A stretch of DNA of 64,000 nucleotides from a virus: positions 5,379-69,378 of IMG/VR virus record IMGVR_UViG_3300007554_000005. The stretch is one strand, 5' to 3'. The position numbers were made by a program, and so were the translations under genes. Positions 21,257-30,892 of the stretch are shown piece after piece (within the stretch, counting starts at the first letter, position 1; the number at the start of each line of letters is the position of its first letter). The notes below the pieces were generated by a model. That model was not told the origin of the DNA. It saw nothing but the letters and a program-made list of their open reading frames with translations, and searched no databases.

Positions 21257-24200
21257 TTGAGCTATAACGGACTTCACGTACATACACATTTCTCACTCTT
21301 CGACGGTATTGCAACTCCAGAAGAGTACCTAACACGTGCCAAAGAACTTGGCATGTCTTCCCTAGCAATTACAGATCACGGTTCGCTTTCTGGTCACAGA
21401 GAGTTCTACCGTATCGCTAAGGAAAAGGGCATCAAGCCAGTATTGGGTATTGAGGGGTATATTACTAACGATAGGAAGGACCAGCGTGCTACAGATGTAC
21501 GTGACGGCCTACTAGACCTAGTGTATAACCACATTATTGTGCTTGCAAAGAATAGTGTTGGACTTGAAAACCTGAATAAGCTCAACGAAATTGCGTGGAC
21601 TGAAGGATTCTTCAAGAAGCCACGCTTTGACTATGAGGTTCTAGAGAGGCATTCGGAGGGACTAATTGTTCTTTCTGGGTGTCTCTCTGGTGCCCTAGCA
21701 AAAGCTATTGAGGCAGAAGAGCTTGCAGAAGCCAAGCGTATTATCGAGTGGCACAAGCGTGTGTTTAAAGATGACTTCTATATTGAGGTTATGCCTCACA
21801 ATCCACCAGAAGTAAACAAGCAGTTACTAGAGTTAGCTGATAAGTATGATGTTACACCAATTGTGACACCAGACTGCCACCACGCACACACTGGTCAAAA
21901 AGAAATCCAAGAGCTTAAGCTAATCCTGAACAGCTATTCAAACAAAGTTGAGAAGGATGCCACATACGAGAAGTCCAAGAAGTACGATAACCTTATGGAT
22001 CGTCTAGACTATCTATATGGAGAAAGACAGATTAGCTTTTCTAAGTTCGACATTCACCTTCTATCTGATGAAGAGATGAGGGCTGCTATGCAGGCCCAGG
22101 GGATTGACCGTGAAGACATGTATTCTGCAACCCAAGAGGTAGCGGACAAAGTAGAAGACTATAAGATTAAGGATCACCTAGATCTATTGCCAGTGCAGTA
22201 TCAGGATCCAGACAAAGAGCTATACGAGCTAGCTGTCGCAGGACTGAAAGATCGTGGGATACACACAGACGAATATCTTGCAAGGCTAGACGAAGAGCTT
22301 AAGGTAATTAGGGATAAGAACTTTGGTCCTTACTTTCTAGTAGTGCGAAGCATGATTGCCTGGGCAAAAAAAGAAGGAATCATGGTGGGGCCAGGACGTG
22401 GTTCTGCAGCAGGCTCTCTTCTTTGTTATGCACTTAGGATTACTGACATTGACCCCATTCAGCATGGTCTTCTGTTCTTTAGGTTCATTAACCCTGAGCG
22501 TAATGACTTTCCTGATATTGATACAGATATTCAGGACTCTAGACGTGATGAGGTAAAAGACTACCTAGTTAGACAGTACAAGCACGTAGCTTCTATTGCT
22601 ACATTCCTGCAGTTCAAGGATAAGGGTGTTGTACGAGATATTGCACGTGTACTACATATACCACTGAGTGATGTCAACAAGGTTCTAAAGGTTATTGACA
22701 CCTGGGACGATTACTGCTACTCAAAGCAAGCAACATGGTTTCGTGAAAAGTATCCAGAAATTGAGGCATATGGAGACCAACTCCGTGGTCGTATTCGTGG
22801 TACTGGAATTCACGCTGCTGGCGTTGTTACTTCTAAGCAGCCCATTTTTAAGTTTGCACCAATGGAGACCAGGACTGCACCAGGAACCAAGGAGCGTATT
22901 CCTGTTGTTGGGGTAGACATGGAGGAGGCAGAGCGTATTGGTCTAATTAAGATTGATGCACTAGGTCTAAAGACTTTGTCAGTTCTAAGAGATACCCTAG
23001 ATATTATTGAGGATCGTCACGGCAAAAAACTAGACCTGCTATCAACAGACATGGAAGACCCAAAAGTCTATCAGATGCTCTCTGACGGCTTTACAAAGGG
23101 TGTTTTTCAGTGTGAGGCAACCCCATATACAAACCTTCTTGTAAAGATGGGCGTAAAGAATTTTGCAGAGCTAGCGGCGTCAAACGCCTTAGTACGTCCA
23201 GGTGCTGCTAATACTATTGGTAAAGACTACATTGCTCGTAAGCATGGTAAGCAGAACATTAGCTACCACCACCAGGTAATGAAGGCTTTTACAGCAGAGA
23301 CCTATGGATGCATCCTATACCAGGAACAGGTTATGCAGGCTTGTACAGAGCTTGGTGGCATGTCCATGGCAGAGGCAGACAAGGTTCGTAAGATCATTGG
23401 AAAGAAGAAAGATGCCAAAGAGTTTGACGTATTTAAGGACCGCTTTGTTGCTGGTGCTTCAAAGTTTCTCAGCCCTAATGTGGCTCTTGACCTATGGCAT
23501 GATTTTGAAGCCCACGCAGGGTATTCGTTCAATAAGTCGCACGCTGTTGCGTACTCTACGCTATCGTACTGGACGGCATGGCTAAAGACTTACTATCCTC
23601 TAGAGTTTATGTATTCTATCCTTAAGAACGAGAAGGACAAGGATGCACGCACCGAGTACCTTATTGAGGCAAAGCGTATGGGGATTAGCATCAAGCTTCC
23701 ACACATTAATGACTCAGATGCTGACTTTAAGATTGAGGGCAAGGGGATCAGATTCGGTCTCACTGGAATCAAGTATATCTCTGACAATATTGCAGAGAAG
23801 TTTATTGCACGTAGGCCATTCACCTCTTATGCAGAGCTAGAGCAGTTTACAGTAGACAAGGGTAGCGGTGTCAACACCAGATCATTGTCATCCCTGAGAC
23901 TCATTGGTGCAGCGACATTTTATGATAATCCTAGAAACGAGGAAGAGGTTCGGGAAAACTTATACGAGTACCTGAACCTTCCAGAGTTTAATATTTCTGT
24001 TCCACAACACTTCTATGCATTTGTCAATGATGTAGAAGAGTTCGAGGAGAAGGGTGCCTTTGTACTTATGGGAATGGTAAAGTCAATCAAGCGTGGGAAG
24101 GGATGGTCTAGAGTTGAGGTATTGGACAAGACGGGAAGCGTTGGAATCTTTGATGAAGAGCAGACAGCTATCGAGCCAGGCCGTACGTATCTTTTACTGG

Positions 24201-24532
24201 CTAGTGATAATAGGATTGTTAGTTATGTTCCTATAGATGAGCTAGGCAAGTCTGAGTCAGCTTTGGTTAGATACCTAAACTACAAACAACTTCCATATAA
24301 GGATGACCAGATGTACGTTGTGTCTTTTAACCCTAGGGTCACTAAGGCTGGAAAGAAGATGGCCTCAATGACTTTGGCTGACTCTTCTAGGGAGCTACAC
24401 CCAGTAACAGTATTCCCAACTACGTTTGCAAAGGCTTACATGAAGATCAAAGAAGGAAATGCATACACATTTTCTTTTGGAAAAACAAAAGATGGAACCG
24501 TTATATTGGAGGATATAATTGACAACAATTGA
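21257..24532 (+). CDS. dnaE: DNA polymerase III alpha subunit
   Basis: PHP domain LHVHTHFS/AITDHG, GPGRGSAAGS, PDIDTD, GYSFNKSH. Confidence 0.96.
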   Translation: MSYNGLHVHTHFSLFDGIATPEEYLTRAKELGMSSLAITDHGSLSGHREFYRIAKEKGIKPVLGIEGYITNDRKDQRATDVRDGLLDLVYNHIIVLAKNSVGLENLNKLNEIAWTEGFFKKPRFDYEVLERHSEGLIVLSGCLSGALAKAIEAEELAEAKRIIEWHKRVFKDDFYIEVMPHNPPEVNKQLLELADKYDVTPIVTPDCHHAHTGQKEIQELKLILNSYSNKVEKDATYEKSKKYDNLMDRLDYLYGERQISFSKFDIHLLSDEEMRAAMQAQGIDREDMYSATQEVADKVEDYKIKDHLDLLPVQYQDPDKELYELAVAGLKDRGIHTDEYLARLDEELKVIRDKNFGPYFLVVRSMIAWAKKEGIMVGPGRGSAAGSLLCYALRITDIDPIQHGLLFFRFINPERNDFPDIDTDIQDSRRDEVKDYLVRQYKHVASIATFLQFKDKGVVRDIARVLHIPLSDVNKVLKVIDTWDDYCYSKQATWFREKYPEIEAYGDQLRGRIRGTGIHAAGVVTSKQPIFKFAPMETRTAPGTKERIPVVGVDMEEAERIGLIKIDALGLKTLSVLRDTLDIIEDRHGKKLDLLSTDMEDPKVYQMLSDGFTKGVFQCEATPYTNLLVKMGVKNFAELAASNALVRPGAANTIGKDYIARKHGKQNISYHHQVMKAFTAETYGCILYQEQVMQACTELGGMSMAEADKVRKIIGKKKDAKEFDVFKDRFVAGASKFLSPNVALDLWHDFEAHAGYSFNKSHAVAYSTLSYWTAWLKTYYPLEFMYSILKNEKDKDARTEYLIEAKRMGISIKLPHINDSDADFKIEGKGIRFGLTGIKYISDNIAEKFIARRPFTSYAELEQFTVDKGSGVNTRSLSSLRLIGAATFYDNPRNEEEVRENLYEYLNLPEFNISVPQHFYAFVNDVEEFEEKGAFVLMGMVKSIKRGKGWSRVEVLDKTGSVGIFDEEQTAIEPGRTYLLLASDNRIVSYVPIDELGKSESALVRYLNYKQLPYKDDQMYVVSFNPRVTKAGKKMASMTLADSSRELHPVTVFPTTFAKAYMKIKEGNAYTFSFGKTKDGTVILEDIIDNN

Positions 24533-25526
24533 TGAAGCATTAGCACTACTAGATCCTAAGATTAGAAAGCGTCTAGGGCCCGCTGTGGGCATTAAAACAG
24601 AATTCCAGGCTACTCCTAGCCCAGGTCTTAATAAGGCCTTAGGAGGCGGTCTGCCGTACGGTAGACAGGTACTCCTGTGGGGCAGCAAGTCCAGTGCAAA
24701 GTCTTCCCTATGCCTACAGACAATAGGTATGGCACAGAAAGATGGAAAGCTGTGTGCTTGGGTGGATGCAGAAATGTCCTACGATGAAGAGTGGGCAAAA
24801 AAGCTTGGAGTAGATACGAGCCAGCTAATTTACTCAGAGGCGAGAAGCATTAATGACATGGTTGATGTGACAGTCGCTCTATTGCATGCAGGAGTAGACC
24901 TAATTGTTATTGACTCAATTAGTTCACTACTACCAGCGGTATACTTTGAGAAGGACTCTACAGAGCTGAAGGATCTAGACAAGACTAAGCAGATTGGTGC
25001 AGAGTCTAAGGATCTAAAGCATGCATGGATGATGATTAACTATGCAAACAACCAGGAGAAGCCATCGCTAATTATTGCTATCTCTCAGGCACGAAACAAT
25101 ATTACACCAACTTATACACAAGCTGTACCAACTGGAGGAAATGCTACGCAGTTCTTTTCGTCTACTATTGTAAAACTATTCTCGTCATCATCTGACGGAC
25201 AGGCTATTAAAAAGAAGATTAAAGTTGGAGACAAGCTTATTGAGCAAAAGGTTGGCCGCAAGGTACGCTGGGACGTACTAAATTCAAAGACCTCTGCTCC
25301 TGGAGAGTCTGCAGAGTATGATTTCTACTTTAGGGGCGACATGATTGGTATTGATGAGGTTGGAGATCTTGTAGACACAGCAGAGATGAATGGTTACGTA
25401 GAGAGAACTGGTGCTTGGTACCTGTTGCCAGACGGCAATAAGGTTCAAGGACGAGACGCTTTCGTTGACTATGTAAGAGAAAACGAATCGTTCCAAGAAG
25501 AACTGAGGGTAAAGCTTAATGGGTAG
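24519..25526 (+). CDS. recA: RecA-like recombinase
   Basis: LGGGLPYGR, AWVDAE, LIVIDS, TGAWY motifs; variant P-loop GSKSSAKS. Confidence 0.9.
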   Translation: MTTIDEALALLDPKIRKRLGPAVGIKTEFQATPSPGLNKALGGGLPYGRQVLLWGSKSSAKSSLCLQTIGMAQKDGKLCAWVDAEMSYDEEWAKKLGVDTSQLIYSEARSINDMVDVTVALLHAGVDLIVIDSISSLLPAVYFEKDSTELKDLDKTKQIGAESKDLKHAWMMINYANNQEKPSLIIAISQARNNITPTYTQAVPTGGNATQFFSSTIVKLFSSSSDGQAIKKKIKVGDKLIEQKVGRKVRWDVLNSKTSAPGESAEYDFYFRGDMIGIDEVGDLVDTAEMNGYVERTGAWYLLPDGNKVQGRDAFVDYVRENESFQEELRVKLNG

Positions 25527-25695
25527 GTATTCTATTTATCATGGAGAATTCTTGTGTCAAGTTTGTAAGGCAGAGGTATCAACCCTCAGACATTATCAAG
25601 ACGACAAGCTTCTGACATGGATGTGCCCAGATAAGCATTTGTCAGAGGTTAGTCTAGATCCAAAGAGAAAGAAAGCCGACTTTATTAATGAGTGA
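25519..25695 (+). CDS. small zinc-ribbon protein (58 aa, not in ORF track)
   Basis: MGRYSIYHGEFLCQVCK...WMCPDKH...ADFINE; fills the gap and overlaps both neighbours. Confidence 0.7.
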   Translation: MGRYSIYHGEFLCQVCKAEVSTLRHYQDDKLLTWMCPDKHLSEVSLDPKRKKADFINE

Positions 25696-25978
25696 GCGTG
25701 GAGAGACCAAGAGGCTAGGTGCCCAGGGCATCAAAAACTCTGGTAGAGGAAACAAAAAAGGTGATGCTACTTGGGAGAACTTTACTGTAGACTTTAAAGA
25801 ATATCCAAAGGGCTTTACCGTTAATCAAGACAACTGGGCAAAGGCTGTAACTGATGCCTTGCGTAATGGCAACGATCCTGCTATAGTAGTAGTATTGGGT
25901 GAAACTAATCGTAAAACAAGACTAGCAATAATTGAACTAGAATTACTAGAACAGCTAGTAGAAGAGAGTAAGAAGTAA
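25688..25978 (+). CDS. Holliday junction resolvase-like PD-(D/E)xK nuclease
   Basis: NSGRG..KGD....VDFKE motif. Confidence 0.65.
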   Translation: MSERGETKRLGAQGIKNSGRGNKKGDATWENFTVDFKEYPKGFTVNQDNWAKAVTDALRNGNDPAIVVVLGETNRKTRLAIIELELLEQLVEESKK

Positions 25979-26586
25979 TGAAAACACTATATCTAGATAT
26001 CGAGACAACACCAATTAAAGCTTATGTGTGGGGCCTATGGGACCAGAACGTAAGTATTGATCAGATCATTGAGCCAACCGAGATGCTATGCTTTGGTGCC
26101 AGGTGGGGCGGTACAAAGAAGGTCATCTTTAAGTCAGTACATCACGATGGCAAGAAGGCAATGCTACAGGAGCTACATGCCCTCATGGAGGAGGCCGATG
26201 TCCTAGTTGGGTGGAACTCAGCAGCATTTGACCATAAGCACATTAACCGTGAGTTCCTTGAGAATGGCATGGCACCACCATCAACAGTTAAAGACCTGGA
26301 CCTTATGTCAATTGTTAAGGCTAACTTCCAGTTCCCATCCAACAAGCTAGACTATGTCGCACAAAAGCTTGGCGTTGGTGCAAAGGTAAAGCACTCAGGA
26401 TTTAGCCTATGGATTAGGTGCATGGAGGGAGATGCCAAGGCGTGGGTAGAGATGAAGAAGTATCAGATCCAGGATGTCAATCTCCTAGTGGATCTGTATG
26501 ACATTCTTTTACCATGGTTTGTAGGCAAGGCAACCGTTACTAGTAAAGATAAGCAGAATATAGTGAACGGCGAATCTATGGTATAA
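25978..26586 (+). CDS. RNase H-like 3'-5' exonuclease (YprB/DnaQ-like)
   Basis: LDIETT, GWNSAAFD, NKLDYVA, YQIQDV motifs. Confidence 0.85.
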   Translation: MKTLYLDIETTPIKAYVWGLWDQNVSIDQIIEPTEMLCFGARWGGTKKVIFKSVHHDGKKAMLQELHALMEEADVLVGWNSAAFDHKHINREFLENGMAPPSTVKDLDLMSIVKANFQFPSNKLDYVAQKLGVGAKVKHSGFSLWIRCMEGDAKAWVEMKKYQIQDVNLLVDLYDILLPWFVGKATVTSKDKQNIVNGESMV

Positions 26587-26593
26587 TTCTACT

Positions 26594-27403
26594 ATGGAAA
26601 AATTTACAGCCCCAGAGATGTGGGACTACCTGTCTGACGATATGTCTAACTATTTGTCTGACTTGCCATTTTATGTAAATGATGCTTTATCTGATGATCA
26701 AGTTTTTAGAGTAACAAAAATTATTGAAGATACTTTATCACAAAATAGTAATGCAGAGTACAATCTTGTTAATGGCGGACAGGAAGAGTATCGTGGAAAT
26801 AGGTGGTACGACCCCAAAAAGGTTGTTCATATGTCTAGGGAAATGGTAGAGTATGATGTTCCAGAAGATATTGAAAATCTTATGGATAGCATCGTTAAAC
26901 CACTTTATCGTGGTGAATTGAGGCTGGCACATTGGAACTATATAGATTATGATTTAAGGCACGGGGATGGGCGTTACGCCCCTTCCTTGCCTCCTCATAT
27001 TGATAATAGCGAAGATCTTCTTACGTTTAATTATATGTTAGACGGAAATATAGATTGGGACCTATATATTGACAACGAAAAATATCAGCTAAAGAAAGGC
27101 CAAGCTATTGTCTTTAGTGCATTAAACCAGCCTCACTTTAGACCAAAGCGAAAATGGAAAAGGGGAGAGTTTGTAAAAATTCTAACATTTGACTACTCAC
27201 CCCCATCCGACTTTAGATTTACTGGAAAAGATTATGCACTGGATCCAGGAAAGTTTCCAGAAAGGCTTAAGCCATATTTGGATTCGGTGAACAAGCACCC
27301 AAAGATGCAGGCAGCCTGGATGCTTTACAACTCTCTTGGAAAAAAAGAAGGCATTTCGGACCCAGAGACACACGGTACTTGGGAGGAAACCGATGAACTT
27401 TGA
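26594..27403 (+). CDS. 2OG-Fe(II) oxygenase-like protein
   Basis: PHID (HxD) ... PHFR facial triad pattern. Confidence 0.6.
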   Translation: MEKFTAPEMWDYLSDDMSNYLSDLPFYVNDALSDDQVFRVTKIIEDTLSQNSNAEYNLVNGGQEEYRGNRWYDPKKVVHMSREMVEYDVPEDIENLMDSIVKPLYRGELRLAHWNYIDYDLRHGDGRYAPSLPPHIDNSEDLLTFNYMLDGNIDWDLYIDNEKYQLKKGQAIVFSALNQPHFRPKRKWKRGEFVKILTFDYSPPSDFRFTGKDYALDPGKFPERLKPYLDSVNKHPKMQAAWMLYNSLGKKEGISDPETHGTWEETDEL

Positions 27404-28004
27404 TCAACCAAATCTAATTGTCAAAGACATTTTTACAGATATAGAAATTGCTCAGATCTATGGGCATATTAACAATACTCCAGAAGACAGGAAGCAGGTT
27501 GTAGAAGTTTTTTCTCACCAAGCATATCATAGCTGGATGCCTCAAAATATTGTAGAGACAATCACCAGAGCAGCTCAATCAACGACCGACATTCCGATTG
27601 TTCTTAGAGAGCTATCGTTTGCTAGATACGCAAAGTTCGATGATGCACCGAAGATACAACTAACTCCACATACAGATCAGACTTTCAGGGAGCCTCGGCT
27701 GACATTTGATATTCAGCTAGATTCAAATAGGACATGGCCCCTGGTTGTAGAGGGTCGTTCGTATACTTTGCAGAATAATGAGGCTCTTACATTCTCAGGC
27801 ACTCATCAGGTTCACTGGAGAGAAAAGGTAGAGTTTCTAGAAGATGATTATATGGACATGGTCTTTGCTCACTTTAGTGCCGCAGACTATGTACCAGAAG
27901 AGCTCGGAAAATTTGATGTAAATGACTTGTCAAATATGGCAGAACATGATAAGCTTATGACAGATAAGCGAGAATACTGGGAAAAAATTTATAACGAAAG
28001 TTAG
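27393..28004 (+). CDS. 2OG-Fe(II) oxygenase-like protein (paralog of upstream)
   Basis: PHTD ... VHWRE; start moved to ATG 27393 after GGAGG. Confidence 0.6.
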   Translation: MNFDQPNLIVKDIFTDIEIAQIYGHINNTPEDRKQVVEVFSHQAYHSWMPQNIVETITRAAQSTTDIPIVLRELSFARYAKFDDAPKIQLTPHTDQTFREPRLTFDIQLDSNRTWPLVVEGRSYTLQNNEALTFSGTHQVHWREKVEFLEDDYMDMVFAHFSAADYVPEELGKFDVNDLSNMAEHDKLMTDKREYWEKIYNES

Positions 28005-28007
28005 GGT

Positions 28008-28310
28008 ATGACAGATAAAACAACTTTAGAATCAGTTAATGGTTTGGCAGAAATCGCAGACTTCATGCAAGATGAAGAGCTAACGCAGGCACTAACAATG
28101 GTGGCTAAGTTAATTCTTAAACCAGATATCCCCATTCAGGTAGCAACACTGGAGATCGTAAGGCTGCAAGCAATTGCTGCAAAGATGTCTCTTAAAGCAA
28201 CATGGATGGTAAACGTAGATAAGGGAGATAGAGCAAAGAAGAATATATACTTCACAACTGCAGAGGCCGTAAATGACCTTGTGGCAGCACTCAAGTATAT
28301 TGCTCGATAG
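28008..28310 (+). CDS. hypothetical helical protein
   Basis: 100 aa ORF preceding Cas4-like gene. Confidence 0.6.
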   Translation: MTDKTTLESVNGLAEIADFMQDEELTQALTMVAKLILKPDIPIQVATLEIVRLQAIAAKMSLKATWMVNVDKGDRAKKNIYFTTAEAVNDLVAALKYIAR

Positions 28311-28315
28311 AAAAT

Positions 28316-29119
28316 ATGGCAAAAAATTTATTAAACCAGGTAATGCTTAAAGCTGCACAACAAAAGTCATTCCTTAATACTAAAGATCTAGTAGATAGGA
28401 TTAACTCTGGCTATACAGTTAAGAGAGTCTCTAAGCACACCCAGAAGAAGACATTCGCTCCTTCAACTATTGCTTATGGGCACGGAGAGTGCCCAAGGTA
28501 TTGGTACATAGCTTTTGACGGCACAGAGTTCCACGACAGTGCAGATGCCTACGGTGCTGCAAATATGACAGCTGGAACAAAGTCTCACGAGAGAATCCAG
28601 GAGGCAATGGGAAACGTAGACGACTTCCTGATTGACTCTGAGTTTAAGATTACAGCGAATGACCCACCAATATTTGGCTTTGGGGATGTTATGCTAAAAT
28701 GGGATGGCAAGGAGCTTCTTGGTGAAATCAAGACAATGCCACAAGAAGGGTTTGAATATCGCAAGGCAGCTGGTAAGCCAAAGCTAGGACACCTAGTTCA
28801 ATTGCTTATCTATATGAAGATTCTAAATAAGACAGAAGCTGTTCTTATTTATGAAAACAAAAATAATCATGAGCTACTGATTCTACCAGTAGAGATTAGT
28901 GATTATTATATTAAGTGGGTAAATGGCACATTTGACTGGTTGAGGTCAGTTCGTAAGGCTTGGGTTGACAGAACCCTTCCTGAAAAGAACTACCGATCTA
29001 ACTCAAAGATTTGCAAGACATGTCCTGTAAAGGCAACTTGTGATGTGGCTGGTAAGGGAGACATTAAACTATTATCTCTGGAGCCGATAGATGAAAAGCA
29101 AGCACTGCCAGTGGTGTGA
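28316..29119 (+). CDS. Cas4-like/PD-(D/E)xK exonuclease
   Basis: CPRYW, GD...EIKT, QLLIYM, C-x2-C-x5-C Fe-S ligands. Confidence 0.8.
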   Translation: MAKNLLNQVMLKAAQQKSFLNTKDLVDRINSGYTVKRVSKHTQKKTFAPSTIAYGHGECPRYWYIAFDGTEFHDSADAYGAANMTAGTKSHERIQEAMGNVDDFLIDSEFKITANDPPIFGFGDVMLKWDGKELLGEIKTMPQEGFEYRKAAGKPKLGHLVQLLIYMKILNKTEAVLIYENKNNHELLILPVEISDYYIKWVNGTFDWLRSVRKAWVDRTLPEKNYRSNSKICKTCPVKATCDVAGKGDIKLLSLEPIDEKQALPVV

Positions 29120-29381
29120 CCACGCCTTTGAGACTGAGATCTCTTACCAAATATATTGTTGTGCTGAATGCCGAGAGGCAGCCACAAAAGAAAAGATTGC
29201 AGCAAGGTATAACCAAACTCGTAGAACTAGGCGTAAGGGCAAAGATCGTCCATGCAAAAACTGTGGAAAACAGCTGTCCATCTACAATGACGGAGACCTT
29301 TGTGAAACTTGTGTGACTGACCCTAGAGATTTAAAGGGTGCACTAAAAGAAATAAAGAGGCTTATCAATGGTAAGGAATAA
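29091..29381 (+). CDS. Cys-rich zinc-binding protein
   Basis: CxxC...CCxxC...CxxC...CxxC. Confidence 0.65.
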   Translation: MKSKHCQWCDHAFETEISYQIYCCAECREAATKEKIAARYNQTRRTRRKGKDRPCKNCGKQLSIYNDGDLCETCVTDPRDLKGALKEIKRLINGKE

Positions 29382-29931
29382 ACTTTTTTCTGTAGACGCA
29401 AGCACAACTAGCATGGCTTTTGCAATCTTTGATGGAGAGGCTCTTGTATCATACGGTAAGATCAACTTTGAGGGTAAGTCTATATATGCAAGAGTGGCAG
29501 ATGCAGGCAGAAAATGCAGAGCCTTTTTCGAAGAGTTTCCAGAGATAAAAAATCTTGTTATTGAGCACACTGTATTTATGAATAGCCCTAAGACAGCCGC
29601 AGACCTTGCCCTTGTGCAAGGAGCCTTGCTTGGTGCGGCAGCACAGTCTGGCATCACTCTTGCAGGAGCAGTTAACCCAATTGCTTGGCAGAGTTATTTG
29701 GGGAATAAGAAGATGACTAAAACTGAACAGTTTGAGCTTACAAAAGAATTCCCAGGCAAGTCAAAGACATGGTATAAGAATAAAGAGCGTGAAATACGTA
29801 AACAAAGAACTATGAATATTATTAAGATAAACTACGATAGAGATATACTAGACAATGATGTTGCAGATGCGGTTGGTGTTGGACATTACGCAATTGGAAA
29901 CTGGGCAAAGGTGGTTGACAAAGATGGCTAA
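29368..29931 (+). CDS. ruvC: RuvC-like Holliday junction resolvase
   Basis: SVDAS, VIEH, DVADAVGV RNase H-fold catalytic motifs. Confidence 0.75.
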   Translation: MVRNKLFSVDASTTSMAFAIFDGEALVSYGKINFEGKSIYARVADAGRKCRAFFEEFPEIKNLVIEHTVFMNSPKTAADLALVQGALLGAAAQSGITLAGAVNPIAWQSYLGNKKMTKTEQFELTKEFPGKSKTWYKNKEREIRKQRTMNIIKINYDRDILDNDVADAVGVGHYAIGNWAKVVDKDG

Positions 29932-29943
29932 ATCTGCTAAACT
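29915..29943 (+). promoter_or_regulatory. putative sigma70-type promoter
   Basis: TTGACA-17 nt-TAAACT with extended TG. Confidence 0.45.
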
Positions 29944-30085
29944 ATATACAAATGAGTTGTGGTTAAAGAAACGTTTCCACATGGACAAGAAGACACCAGA
30001 GCAAATTGCCCAGGAATGCGGTGTAAGCGTAGAGACTGTTTACGTTTACCTGGCAAAGTTTGGGCTAAGAAAGTCGAGAAGGTAA
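29924..30085 (+). CDS. small HTH DNA-binding protein
   Basis: KTPEQIAQECGVSVETVYVYL; start at ATG 29924. Confidence 0.7.
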   Translation: MAKSAKLYTNELWLKKRFHMDKKTPEQIAQECGVSVETVYVYLAKFGLRKSRR

Positions 30086-30369
30086 TGGCACGTCGTAATA
30101 AAGCAGTAGTAGCCCCAAGTCACTTTGTTACAGAGCCCTACATGGAGCTAGATGGTTTTCCAATTAACGCAGGAGACACCATCAAAGTAAAGGGTGAGTA
30201 TGGCACCAAGTTTAAGTTTGTAGGAGTTACTACCAATGAGCTTACTGGATCGCAGTGGGTAGACTGCTTTGAGATTTTTAGAGGAAAGGCACAGCAGTTC
30301 CGTGCATTTAAGGAGGACCGTATCAAGCGTGTGCCTCAGAGGGGAAAGAGGGCCAAGCGTGTCAATTGA
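30085..30369 (+). CDS. hypothetical SH3-like small protein
   Basis: TAATG coupling; GDTIKVKGEYG..FKF..WVDC. Confidence 0.6.
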   Translation: MARRNKAVVAPSHFVTEPYMELDGFPINAGDTIKVKGEYGTKFKFVGVTTNELTGSQWVDCFEIFRGKAQQFRAFKEDRIKRVPQRGKRAKRVN

Positions 30370-30892
30370 GGACCTAACAGTAGAGCACCTAGATCAAGTA
30401 AATAGAGTTGTTGAAAAGTACCTAGCAGGAACACCAGAAACACAGATCTCCAAAGAGCTTGCAATTCCTAGGCAGAAGGTTGTTGGCTATATCAATGAGT
30501 GGCGTGCAATGGCTTCCGACAATGCTGCAATTAGAGCCAGAGCCAAAGAGGCTTTAGTAGGTGCAGACACACACTATAGCAAGCTAATCCAAAAAGCCTA
30601 TGAGGTAATGGACGAAGCCACAACAACTGCAGACCTAAGGTCTAAGAACTCTGCAATCAAGTTGGTCATGGACCTCGAGCGTACCAGGATTGATATGCTT
30701 CAAAAAGCTGGCCTTCTTGAGAACAAGGAGTTGGCGGAAGAGATGATGCAGATTGAAGAGCGTCAGCAGGCCCTCATCCTAATCCTTAAAGAGATTGCTG
30801 CAGAGCACCCCGAGATTCGGGATAAGATTATGAGAAGACTGTCTGATGCAACCAAGCCTGGAGAAACAATCACAGTAGTGAGCGGTGAGTAA
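30359..30892 (+). CDS. putative terminase small subunit (HTH + helices)
   Basis: ETQISKELAIPRQKV HTH; directly upstream of and coupled to terL; GTG start 30359. Confidence 0.6.
   Translation: MSIEDLTVEHLDQVNRVVEKYLAGTPETQISKELAIPRQKVVGYINEWRAMASDNAAIRARAKEALVGADTHYSKLIQKAYEVMDEATTTADLRSKNSAIKLVMDLERTRIDMLQKAGLLENKELAEEMMQIEERQQALILILKEIAAEHPEIRDKIMRRLSDATKPGETITVVSGE

Noticed and set aside
28316-29119. Cas4-like gene as sign of a CRISPR system
   Set aside because: No repeat-spacer array or other cas genes seen; stand-alone Cas4-like nucleases are common in phage replication modules
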